Shown: positions 1 through 7,625 of the stretch, in pieces
Layout of the letters: the number at the start of each line of letters is the position of its first letter
How positions within the stretch are numbered: position 1 is the first letter of the stretch
The notes under the pieces: model-generated
Told to the model about the DNA's origin: nothing
Seen by the model: only the letters and a program-made list of their open reading frames with translations
The model's database searches: none
From: Gemmata obscuriglobus
Lineage (GTDB): Bacteria; Planctomycetota; Planctomycetia; Gemmatales; Gemmataceae
Direction of reading: 5' to 3'
Length of the DNA: 32,000 bases
Assembly (NCBI RefSeq): GCF_008065095.1
Contig: NZ_CP042911.1
Location: 300,001 to 332,000 of the forward strand
Made by a program: the position numbers and the translations under genes

Positions 1-2138
1 ATGCGGACGTAACCGTCCCACCCGGCGCTGGCGATCCGCGACCCGTCGGGGCTGAACACCACCGAATACACCCCGCCTTTGTGCTGGGCCAGGTCCACCG
101 ACTCCACCGCCCCCTCACCGTTGATCCAGTTCACGTTCTTCAGGTTCCACACTTTCACCTTGCCGTCCGAGCCGGCACTCGCGAGCTGGGTGCCGTCCGG
201 GTTGTACGCCACCGAGTGGACGGTGCCGCGGTGCTGGAGCTTCACCACCGCGATGTTGTTCGCCCAGTCCCAGATCTTGACCTGCGAGTTCCGGCTCCCG
301 GTCGCGAGGTACTTCCCGTTCGGGCTGAAGGCCGCGGTTTTGGTCGAGGTCGATTCGGGGAACGAGAACTCGGGCCGCTGCACGTTTTGCAGGTTCCAGA
401 AGGTGACCGCCGAGTCGTCGGACGCCACCATCAGGTACTTACACTTCAGGCACGCGTCCGCGGCCCAGATGTTCCCGCTGTTGCCGTCCGGGTGGTTCAG
501 CTCGTTCCGCACCGTCCCCCGCTGCCAGTCCCAGATTTTGACCGTGCCGGACTCCATGCCCATCACGAGCTGGTTGTTGTCCAGGAACGTGATGGCCCAC
601 ACCGCCCCGGACTCGCCCCGGAGGACGATTTTCGGCTCGGGGTTCGTGGTCGTCCGGCGGGCCGCGCCGCTGGCCACGTCGATGCCGCGGAGCGTAACGA
701 GCTGCGTCAGGTCGGCCGCGACCGGCGCCGGCGCAACGAGGTCCGGCGGAAGAACCGGTTCGGCGTTCACGGGCTTGCCGTTCCCACCCAGCGAGAACCA
801 GAGTGCGCCGACCGCGATGGCGCCGAGCGCCGACCCGCCGGCCCACGCCTTCGACCGGTGCGCGACCGCCTTCCAGCAGATCGGTTGCCTCCGCAGCCGG
901 GTGCTGGAGCGCGACCCCGCGCACACCTCGGCCGGCACGTCGAGCGGCGAGAGCATGTGCATCTCGGCCAGCCCCTCGGCGAACACCTCCGCCACCTCGG
1001 CGGCGCTCTGGAACCGCTCCGCGGGCTCTTTCTGGAGGAGCCGGTCCACGGCGTCGGACAGCCACTTCGGGATGTCGGGGTTGATCCGCACCAGCGGCAT
1101 CTGCGTCTCGTCCGAGACGCGCCGCAGCACCGCCAGCGGGGTCTTCGCGTCGAACGGGGCGACGCCCGTGGCCGCTTCGTACAGCACCGTCCCGAGCGAG
1201 AACAGGTCGGCCCGGGTGTCCACCGGCTCGCCCCGGGCCTGCTCGGGGGCCATGTACAGCGGCGACCCGGCCACGAACCCGGTGCGGGTGAGCTTCACGT
1301 CCTCCGCCGCCCGCGCGAGACCGAAGTCGGTCAGCTTCACGCGGTCGACGGGCGCTTCGAGCAGAATGTTGCCGGGCTTGATGTCGCGGTGGATGAGCCC
1401 GCCGGCGTGCGCGGCCGCGAGCCCCGCCGCCGCCTGCATCCCGAGCCGCGCGACCTCCCCGGCGGACAGCTTGCCGCCCCGCTTGATGCGCTGCTCGAGC
1501 GACTCGCCCTGGATCAACTGCATCACGAGGTACGGGAGCCCCGACGGCTCGTCCTCGTTGACCTGGTGGACCGCGACGAGGTTGTCGTGGGTGACCGCCG
1601 CGGCGGCGCGGGCCTCGCGGCAGAACCGCTGCCGCGCGACCTCGTTGTTGGCCAGTTGCGGGTCGATCACCTTGATGGCGACGTTGCGGTCGAGGGACGG
1701 GTCGTAGGCCTGGAGCACCACGCCCATCCCGCCCCGGCCGACGACCCGAACGATCTCGAACTGCGCGAGCTTGCCGAGCTGGTCCGCCTTGTCCGGCGGT
1801 TGGAGGAACTCGAGCTTGAGGTCGTTTTCCGGCGCGGGGGTGTCGGCCAGGCCACCGGTCGCGAAAAACGCCGTGCGGCGCAGCTCGTCTTCGGCGTCGC
1901 GCAGCGCACGCCAGTACGCGGAGTTCTGGGCCGGGGTCTCTTGAGTGGCCTCGCGGAGGTGCTCGGCGAGGTCGGTCCCGGAGCCGGTGAGGCTGTCGAG
2001 CCGCTTCTGACAGTCGGGGCACGCCCCGACGTGGTCGCACAGCGCCGACGAGCGGGCCTCGGTGCAGCGCCCGTGCATGAGCCGTTGCAGCTCGCTCAGC
2101 GGCGGGCACTCGGTGGTGGTCGTCACTTCGTGAGTCAT
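1..2138 (-). CDS. Ser/Thr protein kinase with an N-terminal HxxxCxxC zinc-finger (anti-sigma-like) region, one TM segment and C-terminal WD40 repeats. Partial: the 3' end runs off the window.
   Basis: Absent from the ORF track because it has no stop inside the window. Manual minus-strand translation from ATG 2138 gives MTHEVTTTTECPP...ALCDHVGACPDCQ. Hanks kinase motifs are present: GRGGMGVV, VAIK, HRDIKPGNIL, DFGLA, YMAPE. A hydrophobic stretch AWAGGSALGAIAVGALWFSL follows. WD-type repeat ends are VKIWDW, VTFWNL, VKIWDW, VKVWNL, GWDGYVRI. The frame was checked (HRD codon 1391-1389 is in phase with ATG 2138). Track ORFs 79-1707, 81-2147 and 439-2172 are off-frame artefacts. Confidence 0.9.
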   Translation of the reverse strand, partial: MTHEVTTTTECPPLSELQRLMHGRCTEARSSALCDHVGACPDCQKRLDSLTGSGTDLAEHLREATQETPAQNSAYWRALRDAEDELRRTAFFATGGLADTPAPENDLKLEFLQPPDKADQLGKLAQFEIVRVVGRGGMGVVLQAYDPSLDRNVAIKVIDPQLANNEVARQRFCREARAAAAVTHDNLVAVHQVNEDEPSGLPYLVMQLIQGESLEQRIKRGGKLSAGEVARLGMQAAAGLAAAHAGGLIHRDIKPGNILLEAPVDRVKLTDFGLARAAEDVKLTRTGFVAGSPLYMAPEQARGEPVDTRADLFSLGTVLYEAATGVAPFDAKTPLAVLRRVSDETQMPLVRINPDIPKWLSDAVDRLLQKEPAERFQSAAEVAEVFAEGLAEMHMLSPLDVPAEVCAGSRSSTRLRRQPICWKAVAHRSKAWAGGSALGAIAVGALWFSLGGNGKPVNAEPVLPPDLVAPAPVAADLTQLVTLRGIDVASGAARRTTTNPEPKIVLRGESGAVWAITFLDNNQLVMGMESGTVKIWDWQRGTVRNELNHPDGNSGNIWAADACLKCKYLMVASDDSAVTFWNLQNVQRPEFSFPESTSTKTAAFSPNGKYLATGSRNSQVKIWDWANNIAVVKLQHRGTVHSVAYNPDGTQLASAGSDGKVKVWNLKNVNWINGEGAVESVDLAQHKGGVYSVVFSPDGSRIASAGWDGYVR

Positions 2139-2208
2139 GGAAGTTAGTTCCCGGTTCCGGGCCACGTTCCAAGTTGTAGAGTCGTGAAGGTGCCGTTCCG
2201 GTTCGGAA

Positions 2209-2814
2209 CTAACTCTCTTCGGCAATCATCTTCTGCACTTCGTCGCGGAGCCGCGCGAGCACGCGGCTCTTGGCCACGTACACCGCCCCGGAACTCATTT
2301 TAAGGCCGGTCCCGACCTCCGCGGCACTCTTTCCCTCGACCGCCGTCTGCCAGAACGCCGCCCACGTGTTCGGCTGAAACTCGCTCCGGACCAGTTCCAT
2401 CGCGCGGGCACTCAGCCCGCGCTGGTACTCTTTTTCCCAATCGGCGTCGGGACCTTCCTCTTCGCGCGCCGGCGTGGCGTCGAGTCGCTCCTGGGCGTCC
2501 GCGTCGCCGGTGCCGCGCGGCCGGTTCTTCTGACTGCTCAGGAAGTTGTAAATCTTGTTCCGCGTGACCGTGTACAACCATCCGCGGAAGGTCCCGCGTT
2601 TCGGGTCGTACTCCATGCGGTGGGCGTTCCGGGCCACGCTCCGCATCACATCCTGCATGAGGTCCGCGGCGTCGGCGTCCTGTAGCCCGCGGTTCCGCGC
2701 GAACCGGTACACAACCGGGCCGTACAACTGAACGAACTCGCTCCACGCCCCGGTGTCGCGCCCGTCCTTGAGACGGGCGAGCAACGTGACCCGCGTGAGC
2801 GGCGGCTCGGACAT
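2209..2814 (-). CDS. ECF-type RNA polymerase sigma-70 family factor
   Basis: Track ORF 2209-2829 begins at a TTG; the first ATG is at 2814 (MSEPPLTRV). Region 2-like LYGPVVYRFARNRGL..DAADLMQDV and GWLYTVTRNKIYNF are present, plus a C-terminal region-4 HTH (SAAEVGTGLKMSSGAVYVAKSRVLARLR). It lies 70 nt upstream of, and co-oriented with, the kinase gene. Confidence 0.85.
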   Translation of the reverse strand: MSEPPLTRVTLLARLKDGRDTGAWSEFVQLYGPVVYRFARNRGLQDADAADLMQDVMRSVARNAHRMEYDPKRGTFRGWLYTVTRNKIYNFLSSQKNRPRGTGDADAQERLDATPAREEEGPDADWEKEYQRGLSARAMELVRSEFQPNTWAAFWQTAVEGKSAAEVGTGLKMSSGAVYVAKSRVLARLRDEVQKMIAEES

Positions 2815-2928
2815 TCGTAGGCTTCCCAACAGGTGATACCAGTTCCGCGAGCGGCCGCTTACGCGCCGGTAGAGGGAACCGCTTGCGGAGAGGATTGCAC
2901 TAAATCAGTCCTCATTTTACGTGCCGGG

Positions 2929-2940
2929 GCAAACGTTTGC
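2929..2940. promoter_or_regulatory. Perfect 12-bp palindrome GCAAACGTTTGC in a divergent intergenic region (possible operator)
   Basis: Read directly. It lies between the sigma gene (-) and the 3016 gene (+). No cognate regulator is identified. Confidence 0.2.
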
Positions 2941-3015
2941 GATGGCCGCAGTCGTCGGCTCCACTTTTGCAACCCATCGTTTCCCCCAATGCGACCCCGC
3001 CCGCGGAGTTAAGTC

Positions 3016-3462
3016 ATGATTGCACGTGCAGTTGCGATTGTCCTGCTCGCGACCGTTGTTACCAGTGCGGTTCTGGCCGAAGATAAGGACCCCACCACCA
3101 AAGTAACCGGAACCGTCATCATCCCGAAGGACGTCGCATCGTTCGACAACCGGGTGGTGGAGTTACGGCTGTACGGCATCAACAAGCAGCTCGCGGATAA
3201 GTCGGCGGACCTGATCGAGAAGATCGAGTTGAAGGATTTTAGCCACGTAACGGGCAAGGAAACGAAGAAAGCCTTCACCGTCGGCGCGAAGGGCAAATTG
3301 GACCCGAATGCCCGCTATTACGTCACTGCGTTCGTGCTGAAAGGCGACGAACGCACCCATTTAGGGCAGGCGGACCACGCCAAGGAGCCGTTCAACAAGG
3401 TGCTGACCGACGGTCACCCGCGTGAGGTCACAATCCGCTTCAAGGAGTTCGGCAAGAAGTAG
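3016..3462 (+). CDS. Small exported hypothetical protein (signal peptide)
   Basis: ATG is preceded by GGAG. The N-terminus MIARAVAIVLLATVVTSAVLAEDKD looks like a Sec signal. Composition is protein-like and K/E-rich, with more A/T-ending codons than its neighbours. Confidence 0.7.
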   Translation: MIARAVAIVLLATVVTSAVLAEDKDPTTKVTGTVIIPKDVASFDNRVVELRLYGINKQLADKSADLIEKIELKDFSHVTGKETKKAFTVGAKGKLDPNARYYVTAFVLKGDERTHLGQADHAKEPFNKVLTDGHPREVTIRFKEFGKK

Positions 3463-3527
3463 CACCGGTGCGCCCGCCGCTTTGCCCCGCGCCCGGTCGC
3501 CGAGCTCGCGCGTTACACCGGATTCGG

Positions 3528-4685
3528 TCACTCCACGTCGCCGGGCACCAAACGCTCGACTTCGTGGGCCTCGGTGGGCGTGGGCACGTCCAGTTTGTCG
3601 AACAACCGCTCCCAGACGCGTTCGGGCACGCGCTTCACGCGCCCCGTGTTCCGCTGTCGGACCAGCGGAATTGGCGGTTCCAAGTACACCACCTTCACCC
3701 GCGCCTTGTACGCGATACTGAGATCAATGACTTTGCCACGCAGGACGCGCGACACGTTGGTCGCGTTCCACACGAACGATTCACCGCGCCGCAACAGACC
3801 CTTCGCGCGATCGTAGGCCGCGGCGACCACTTCGCTCTGGTTGTCGCCCGGGTCCACGTCCAGTTCGCGCCGGATGTCGTCGAGCGAAATCACCTCCCGG
3901 TCGCCGGCGTGTTCGGCCACCCAGGTGTCTTTTCCGCTACCCGGCAACCCGCTCAGCACCGTCACTTCGCACTTCGTGTCGTCGTACAGGTGAAGGGTCG
4001 GGTGCTCGCCCGGCGTGCGAAAGTAATGGACGCGGGAGTGATCGTTGGCGAACGCGCGGGGACCGTCCCAGCACTCGCACTCGGTGCAGAAATCGGGGAA
4101 CAGCGCGACCCGCGTGCGCGTGTCGTCTTCCTTTTTCACAACGCGCCCGCGGTGGTCGGCTTCGGCGAGGATCGTGAGCAGGTCCATCCGCGTGGTCAGG
4201 CTGGTCAGGATTACTGCCCGCTGCGGGTCCGGCTTTTCGAGGTAGTTGGCCGGCAACCCGTGCCACCGGACGAGCGCCAGCACCTGTTCGCGGATCTCGA
4301 ACGGCGTTCCGAGCGGGGCGAACGTTTCGTCGTCGGTGAGGATGCGGCGCGCCTTGTACACGCCCTTCACCGCGTGGCCGGGCGAGCGCACGCGCCCGTC
4401 TTCTTCGACCTTCGTGCATTCGGGTTTCGAGATGTCGTGCAGGAGCGTGCCCGCGAAAACGATGTGCCGGTCCTGCTCCGAAAGCTCACGGAACTCGGGC
4501 AGCGCCGCGAGTTCCGTGAGCACCATACCGAGGTGCGTGAGGACGTCACCCTCTGCGTGGAAAATGGGGTCCTGAGGACACTCGGCGAGCGGCTCCAGCC
4601 ACGGGTACCGTTCGCAGAGGGCGGACAAATCCACTCGCCACTCGGGCGGTTCCGGGCAACCCGGGATGTGCCAGATACCGCTCAT
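3528..4685 (-). CDS. HD-domain phosphohydrolase fused to a P-loop (AAA_33 / polynucleotide-kinase-like) kinase domain
   Basis: The true start is taken as ATG 4685 (MSGIWHIPG). The 155-aa upstream extension in track ORF 3528-5150 is R-rich and overlaps the divergent ABC gene. HD signature: HAEGDVLTHLG...LLHDISKP...GH. Walker A: VLSGLPGSGKDT. Confidence 0.8.
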   Translation of the reverse strand: MSGIWHIPGCPEPPEWRVDLSALCERYPWLEPLAECPQDPIFHAEGDVLTHLGMVLTELAALPEFRELSEQDRHIVFAGTLLHDISKPECTKVEEDGRVRSPGHAVKGVYKARRILTDDETFAPLGTPFEIREQVLALVRWHGLPANYLEKPDPQRAVILTSLTTRMDLLTILAEADHRGRVVKKEDDTRTRVALFPDFCTECECWDGPRAFANDHSRVHYFRTPGEHPTLHLYDDTKCEVTVLSGLPGSGKDTWVAEHAGDREVISLDDIRRELDVDPGDNQSEVVAAAYDRAKGLLRRGESFVWNATNVSRVLRGKVIDLSIAYKARVKVVYLEPPIPLVRQRNTGRVKRVPERVWERLFDKLDVPTPTEAHEVERLVPGDVE

Positions 4686-4765
4686 GACATCCACCTCGCG
4701 AGAAATAACGCGCTCTGAACGGAGGGCGCAACCCCGCGAAGGTTCACCGCGCCTAAAATCCGGTT

Positions 4766-5410
4766 GTGATCCAGATTCAGAACTTATCGATCCGTCAGGG
4801 CACGTTCGCGCTGTTCGGTGTGTCGCTGGAAGTGCCGCCGGGCCGCTACGCGGTGTTAATGGGCCGCAGCGGGTGCGGAAAAACCACGCTCCTCGAAACG
4901 ATCGCCGGTCTGCGTGCCCCGCACGCGGGCACGATCGCGCTCGCCGGGCGCGACGTAACGCGGTTGCGCCCGGCGGCGCGGCACGTCGGGTACGTCCCGC
5001 AAGACGGCGTGCTCTTCTCGACCATGACCGTGCGCCAGAACATCGGCTTCGCGCTGGACGTTCGCGGCGCCCCCCTGGTCGACACCGCAAGGCGTGTGGC
5101 GGAACTGGCCGATTGGCTCGAAGTGACGCACCTGCTGGACCGCTACCCACGGTTCTTGAGCGGGGGCGAGAAGAACCGCGTCGCGCTCGGCCGGGCGCTC
5201 GCGAACCGGCCGCCGGTGCTGCTGCTCGACGAGCCGCTCGCGTCGCTCGACGACGACACCCGCGACCACCTCGTCACCGTACTCGCGCGGCTCCGTGAGC
5301 GGCGTGAAGTGACCGTGCTGCACGTCACGCACAACCGCTCGGAAGCGGACCGGCTCGCAGACGTGGTGTTCCGCCTCGACGGCGGAACGGTACTGGAAAC
5401 GAGCGGCTAA
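4766..5410 (+). CDS. ABC transporter ATP-binding protein (CysA/ModC-like core, no C-terminal regulatory domain)
   Basis: GTG start. Walker A GRSGCGKTT, signature LSGGEKNRV, Walker B LLLDEP, H-loop VTH. No permease or binding-protein gene is adjacent. Confidence 0.85.
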   Translation: MIQIQNLSIRQGTFALFGVSLEVPPGRYAVLMGRSGCGKTTLLETIAGLRAPHAGTIALAGRDVTRLRPAARHVGYVPQDGVLFSTMTVRQNIGFALDVRGAPLVDTARRVAELADWLEVTHLLDRYPRFLSGGEKNRVALGRALANRPPVLLLDEPLASLDDDTRDHLVTVLARLRERREVTVLHVTHNRSEADRLADVVFRLDGGTVLETSG

Positions 5411-5413
5411 AAT

Positions 5414-5511
5414 GAACGGCCGCAAAGAAGCACACGAGGCGCAAGCAAGAGAAGATGCGGGGGCGATCGCGCTTCTCGTTTTGTGCCGTCTGTGCTTCTT
5501 TGCGGCCGTTC
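5414..5511. repeat. Long imperfect palindromic (REP-like) element. Outer arms are a perfect 21-bp inverted repeat: GAACGGCCGCAAAGAAGCACA / TGTGCTTCTTTGCGGCCGTTC.
   Basis: Arms are at 5414-5434 and 5491-5511. The interior is also partly self-complementary (GAGAAG/CTTCTC). The left half is purine-rich. It sits between convergent genes (ABC stop 5410, rbfA stop 5528). The core motif is shared with the 9417-9539 element. Confidence 0.8.
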
Positions 5512-5527
5512 TCTGCAACCCGACAGG

Positions 5528-5929
5528 TCAGTTCGGTACCACCTCGAACACCAATTCGGGCGCGTACCGGCGGCTGATCGCAGCAGCCACTTCGCTCCGC
5601 AGGAACCCGGCCGCTCGCGCCAGGGCTTCCACGGCGTGTTGAGCGATCACGTCCGGCGGAACCGCGACCAGCACTCGTAACCGCCCCGAGTGCGGAGCCG
5701 GTTCGACCCCCACCACGCTCGTCGCTTGGATCACGGGATCACGGGCTGCCGCGAACGCGCCGTCCAGCGCCTGGCGCACTTGCGTACAGAGCTGCTTTTC
5801 CTTGCGACTGGCCTGCTTCGGCGCGTTCCACGGCTTCGCGTGGAAGTCCTTTGGATCGGTGCCGTCTTCGGGGCTGATGTCATCTGCAAGGTGGCGGAAC
5901 TGGTCCGCCTTCTGTCGCCGCCTGCTCAT
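5528..5929 (-). CDS. rbfA: Ribosome-binding factor A-like protein with a basic N-terminal extension
   Basis: Start ATG 5929 (MSRRRQKADQ). The track ORF extension to 6457 overlaps the aminotransferase gene. The pattern is RbfA-like: QLCTQVRQAL...DPVIQATSVVGVEPAPHSGRLRVLVAV...AAGFLRSEVAAAISRRYAPELVFEV. Confidence 0.6.
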   Translation of the reverse strand: MSRRRQKADQFRHLADDISPEDGTDPKDFHAKPWNAPKQASRKEKQLCTQVRQALDGAFAAARDPVIQATSVVGVEPAPHSGRLRVLVAVPPDVIAQHAVEALARAAGFLRSEVAAAISRRYAPELVFEVVPN

Positions 5930-6073
5930 GAGAGCCTTCTCGGAAGGAAATTGAGAGATCGGAACGCCATGCCGACGAGGAGACGAATGCACGCATGGGT
6001 TGGCCCTCCTTCCGAGGAATTCCCGGCGCTCTGCGCCCGGGGTTCTTTGAAAGACGTGTGGGAAGCGAAGAGG

Positions 6074-6104
6074 TTCGCGGCGCGCCGGGGTGTCGCGCCG
6101 CGAA
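6074..6104 (+). promoter_or_regulatory. Perfect 11-bp-stem hairpin (TTCGCGGCGCG-N9-CGCGCCGCGAA) about 50 nt upstream of the aminotransferase start
   Basis: Read directly. It lies in the rbfA/aminotransferase divergent region. Function is unknown (leader structure or protein site). Confidence 0.25.
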
Positions 6105-6152
6105 TACAACAACCCGCGACCCTCCCCAGTGCGGACATGAAGGAAGTAAGCG

Positions 6153-7289
6153 ATGAAACCGCGTCTGTTCACGCCCGGCCCGACCCCGGTCCCCGAGGAA
6201 ACGCTGCTGGAACTCGCGAAGCCGGTAACGTACCACCGGTCCTCGGAGGCAAAGGCGATCCTCGGAGAGGTGACCGAAGACCTCAAGTACGTGTTCCAGA
6301 CCGCGCAGCCGGTCTTCACGCTGACTTGCTCGGGCACGGGCGGGATGGAGGCGGCGGTCAGTAACACGCTGGCGGCGGGCGAGAAGGCGATTCTTTGCAC
6401 CGCCGGGCGCTGGGGCGAGCGGTGGCGCGGCGTCTTGAAGGCGTTCGCGGCCAACATCGTCGCCGTGGAAGTGCCTTACGGCCAAGCCGTCACCCCGGAG
6501 ATGCTGGAGAACGCGCTCAAGGCGAACCCGGACGCGAAGGTGGTGTTCTCCACCCTGAGCGAAACCAGCACCGGCGTCGGGCACGACCTCGAAGGCTACG
6601 GGAAAGTGGTCGCCAAGACCGACGCGCTGCTCGCGGTGGACGGGATCAGCGGCGTCGGCGCGATGGAGTGCCGGATGGACGCCTGGGGCCTCGACATCGT
6701 CGTCACCGGCTCGCAGAAGGCGCTCATGATGCCCCCCGGTCTGGCCTTCATCTCGCTGAGCGAGAAGGCGTGGAAGAAGGTGGACGCCACGCCCGTCCGG
6801 AGCTTCTACCTGGACGTCCGGCGCTACAAGAAATCGTTGGCGGAGAGCGACACGCCGTTCACCCCGGGTAACACGCTGATCAAAGCCCAGCGTGCGAGCC
6901 TGAAGCGCATCCGGGCAGAGGGCATCGAGAACCTGTGGGCGCGCCACAACCGGATCGCGGCGGCGTGCCGCGCCGGGGTTCAGGCGATGGGGCTGAAACT
7001 CTTCGCCGAGCGCCCCAACAGCGCCCTGACCGTCATCAAGGTGCCGGAGGGCGTTGACGGCAGCGGCACCCTGAAGACGCTGGAGAAGAAGTACGGCTAC
7101 AAGTGGGCCGACGGCCAGGACGCGATGAAGGGGCAGATCTGGCGGCTGTCGCACATGGGCTACACGGACGCCTTCGACGTGCTCGGCGCGCTGAGCGCGC
7201 TGGAACTGGTGCTGTCCGAAGCCGGGTTCAAACTGGAGGTCGGCGCCGGCGTGGCCGCGTTCCAGAAGGCCTACGCCGCTGGGAAGTGA
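6153..7289 (+). CDS. PLP-dependent class-V aminotransferase (serine-glyoxylate / alanine-glyoxylate / serine-pyruvate type)
   Basis: ATG is preceded by GAAGGAAG. The N-terminus is MKPRLFTPGPTPVPEE. TGSQKALMMPPGLAF carries the PLP lysine. Length is 378 aa. Confidence 0.85.
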   Translation: MKPRLFTPGPTPVPEETLLELAKPVTYHRSSEAKAILGEVTEDLKYVFQTAQPVFTLTCSGTGGMEAAVSNTLAAGEKAILCTAGRWGERWRGVLKAFAANIVAVEVPYGQAVTPEMLENALKANPDAKVVFSTLSETSTGVGHDLEGYGKVVAKTDALLAVDGISGVGAMECRMDAWGLDIVVTGSQKALMMPPGLAFISLSEKAWKKVDATPVRSFYLDVRRYKKSLAESDTPFTPGNTLIKAQRASLKRIRAEGIENLWARHNRIAAACRAGVQAMGLKLFAERPNSALTVIKVPEGVDGSGTLKTLEKKYGYKWADGQDAMKGQIWRLSHMGYTDAFDVLGALSALELVLSEAGFKLEVGAGVAAFQKAYAAGK

Positions 7290-7333
7290 CCGTGGCGCCG
7301 AACGCTTGAATTTCGACCCACGGGCGCCCGCCG

Positions 7334-7624
7334 ATGGCCGACGAACAACTCAAGCGCTTCGGTACGACCGCCGAGTCAGCGGAACGGCTCGCACAGCAGG
7401 CCGCAGCGGCCGAAACGGTACTCGGTATTCACGGCGTTTCGGTGACGGCACGCGATACGAATGCCCCGGCCGGGGTCGCTCCCCGGTCGGAAGTCGAAAA
7501 GCACTTCCCGGTACACAACACGCCTTCGCGCAGAGACCCGCAGCACCGAACGGTAGAATTACCGAAGCCGGTAACGCCGGAGGTTGCGGACCGATTCAAC
7601 AGGCTTTTCGGCCGGAGCGAGTGA
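7334..7624 (+). CDS. Hypothetical 96-aa protein, first gene of a three-gene cassette
   Basis: ATG start and a clean protein-like translation (helical N-terminus, His-rich C-terminal half HFPVHNTPSRRDPQHRTVELP). There are noticeably more A/T-ending codons than in flanking genes. The stop TGA at 7622-7624 is 1 nt before the next ATG. Confidence 0.6.
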   Translation: MADEQLKRFGTTAESAERLAQQAAAAETVLGIHGVSVTARDTNAPAGVAPRSEVEKHFPVHNTPSRRDPQHRTVELPKPVTPEVADRFNRLFGRSE

Positions 7625-7625
7625 C

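Noticed and set aside
79-2172. Three long track ORFs (79-1707 +, 81-2147 +, 439-2172 -) covering the left end
   Set aside because: Their translations are monotonous R/G/P/A-rich strings with no motifs. The minus-strand frame starting at ATG 2138 gives a textbook kinase plus WD40 protein, so these are off-frame or antisense artefacts of the high GC content.
4686-5150. 155-aa N-terminal extension of the HD-kinase ORF (track start 5150)
   Set aside because: The extension is R/A/P-rich and overlaps the well-supported ABC ATPase gene on the opposite strand. The internal ATG at 4685 begins the recognisable protein.
5930-6457. 176-aa N-terminal extension of the rbfA-like ORF (track start 6457)
   Set aside because: It overlaps the aminotransferase start region and has a non-protein-like composition. 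RbfA-sized product is obtained from ATG 5929.
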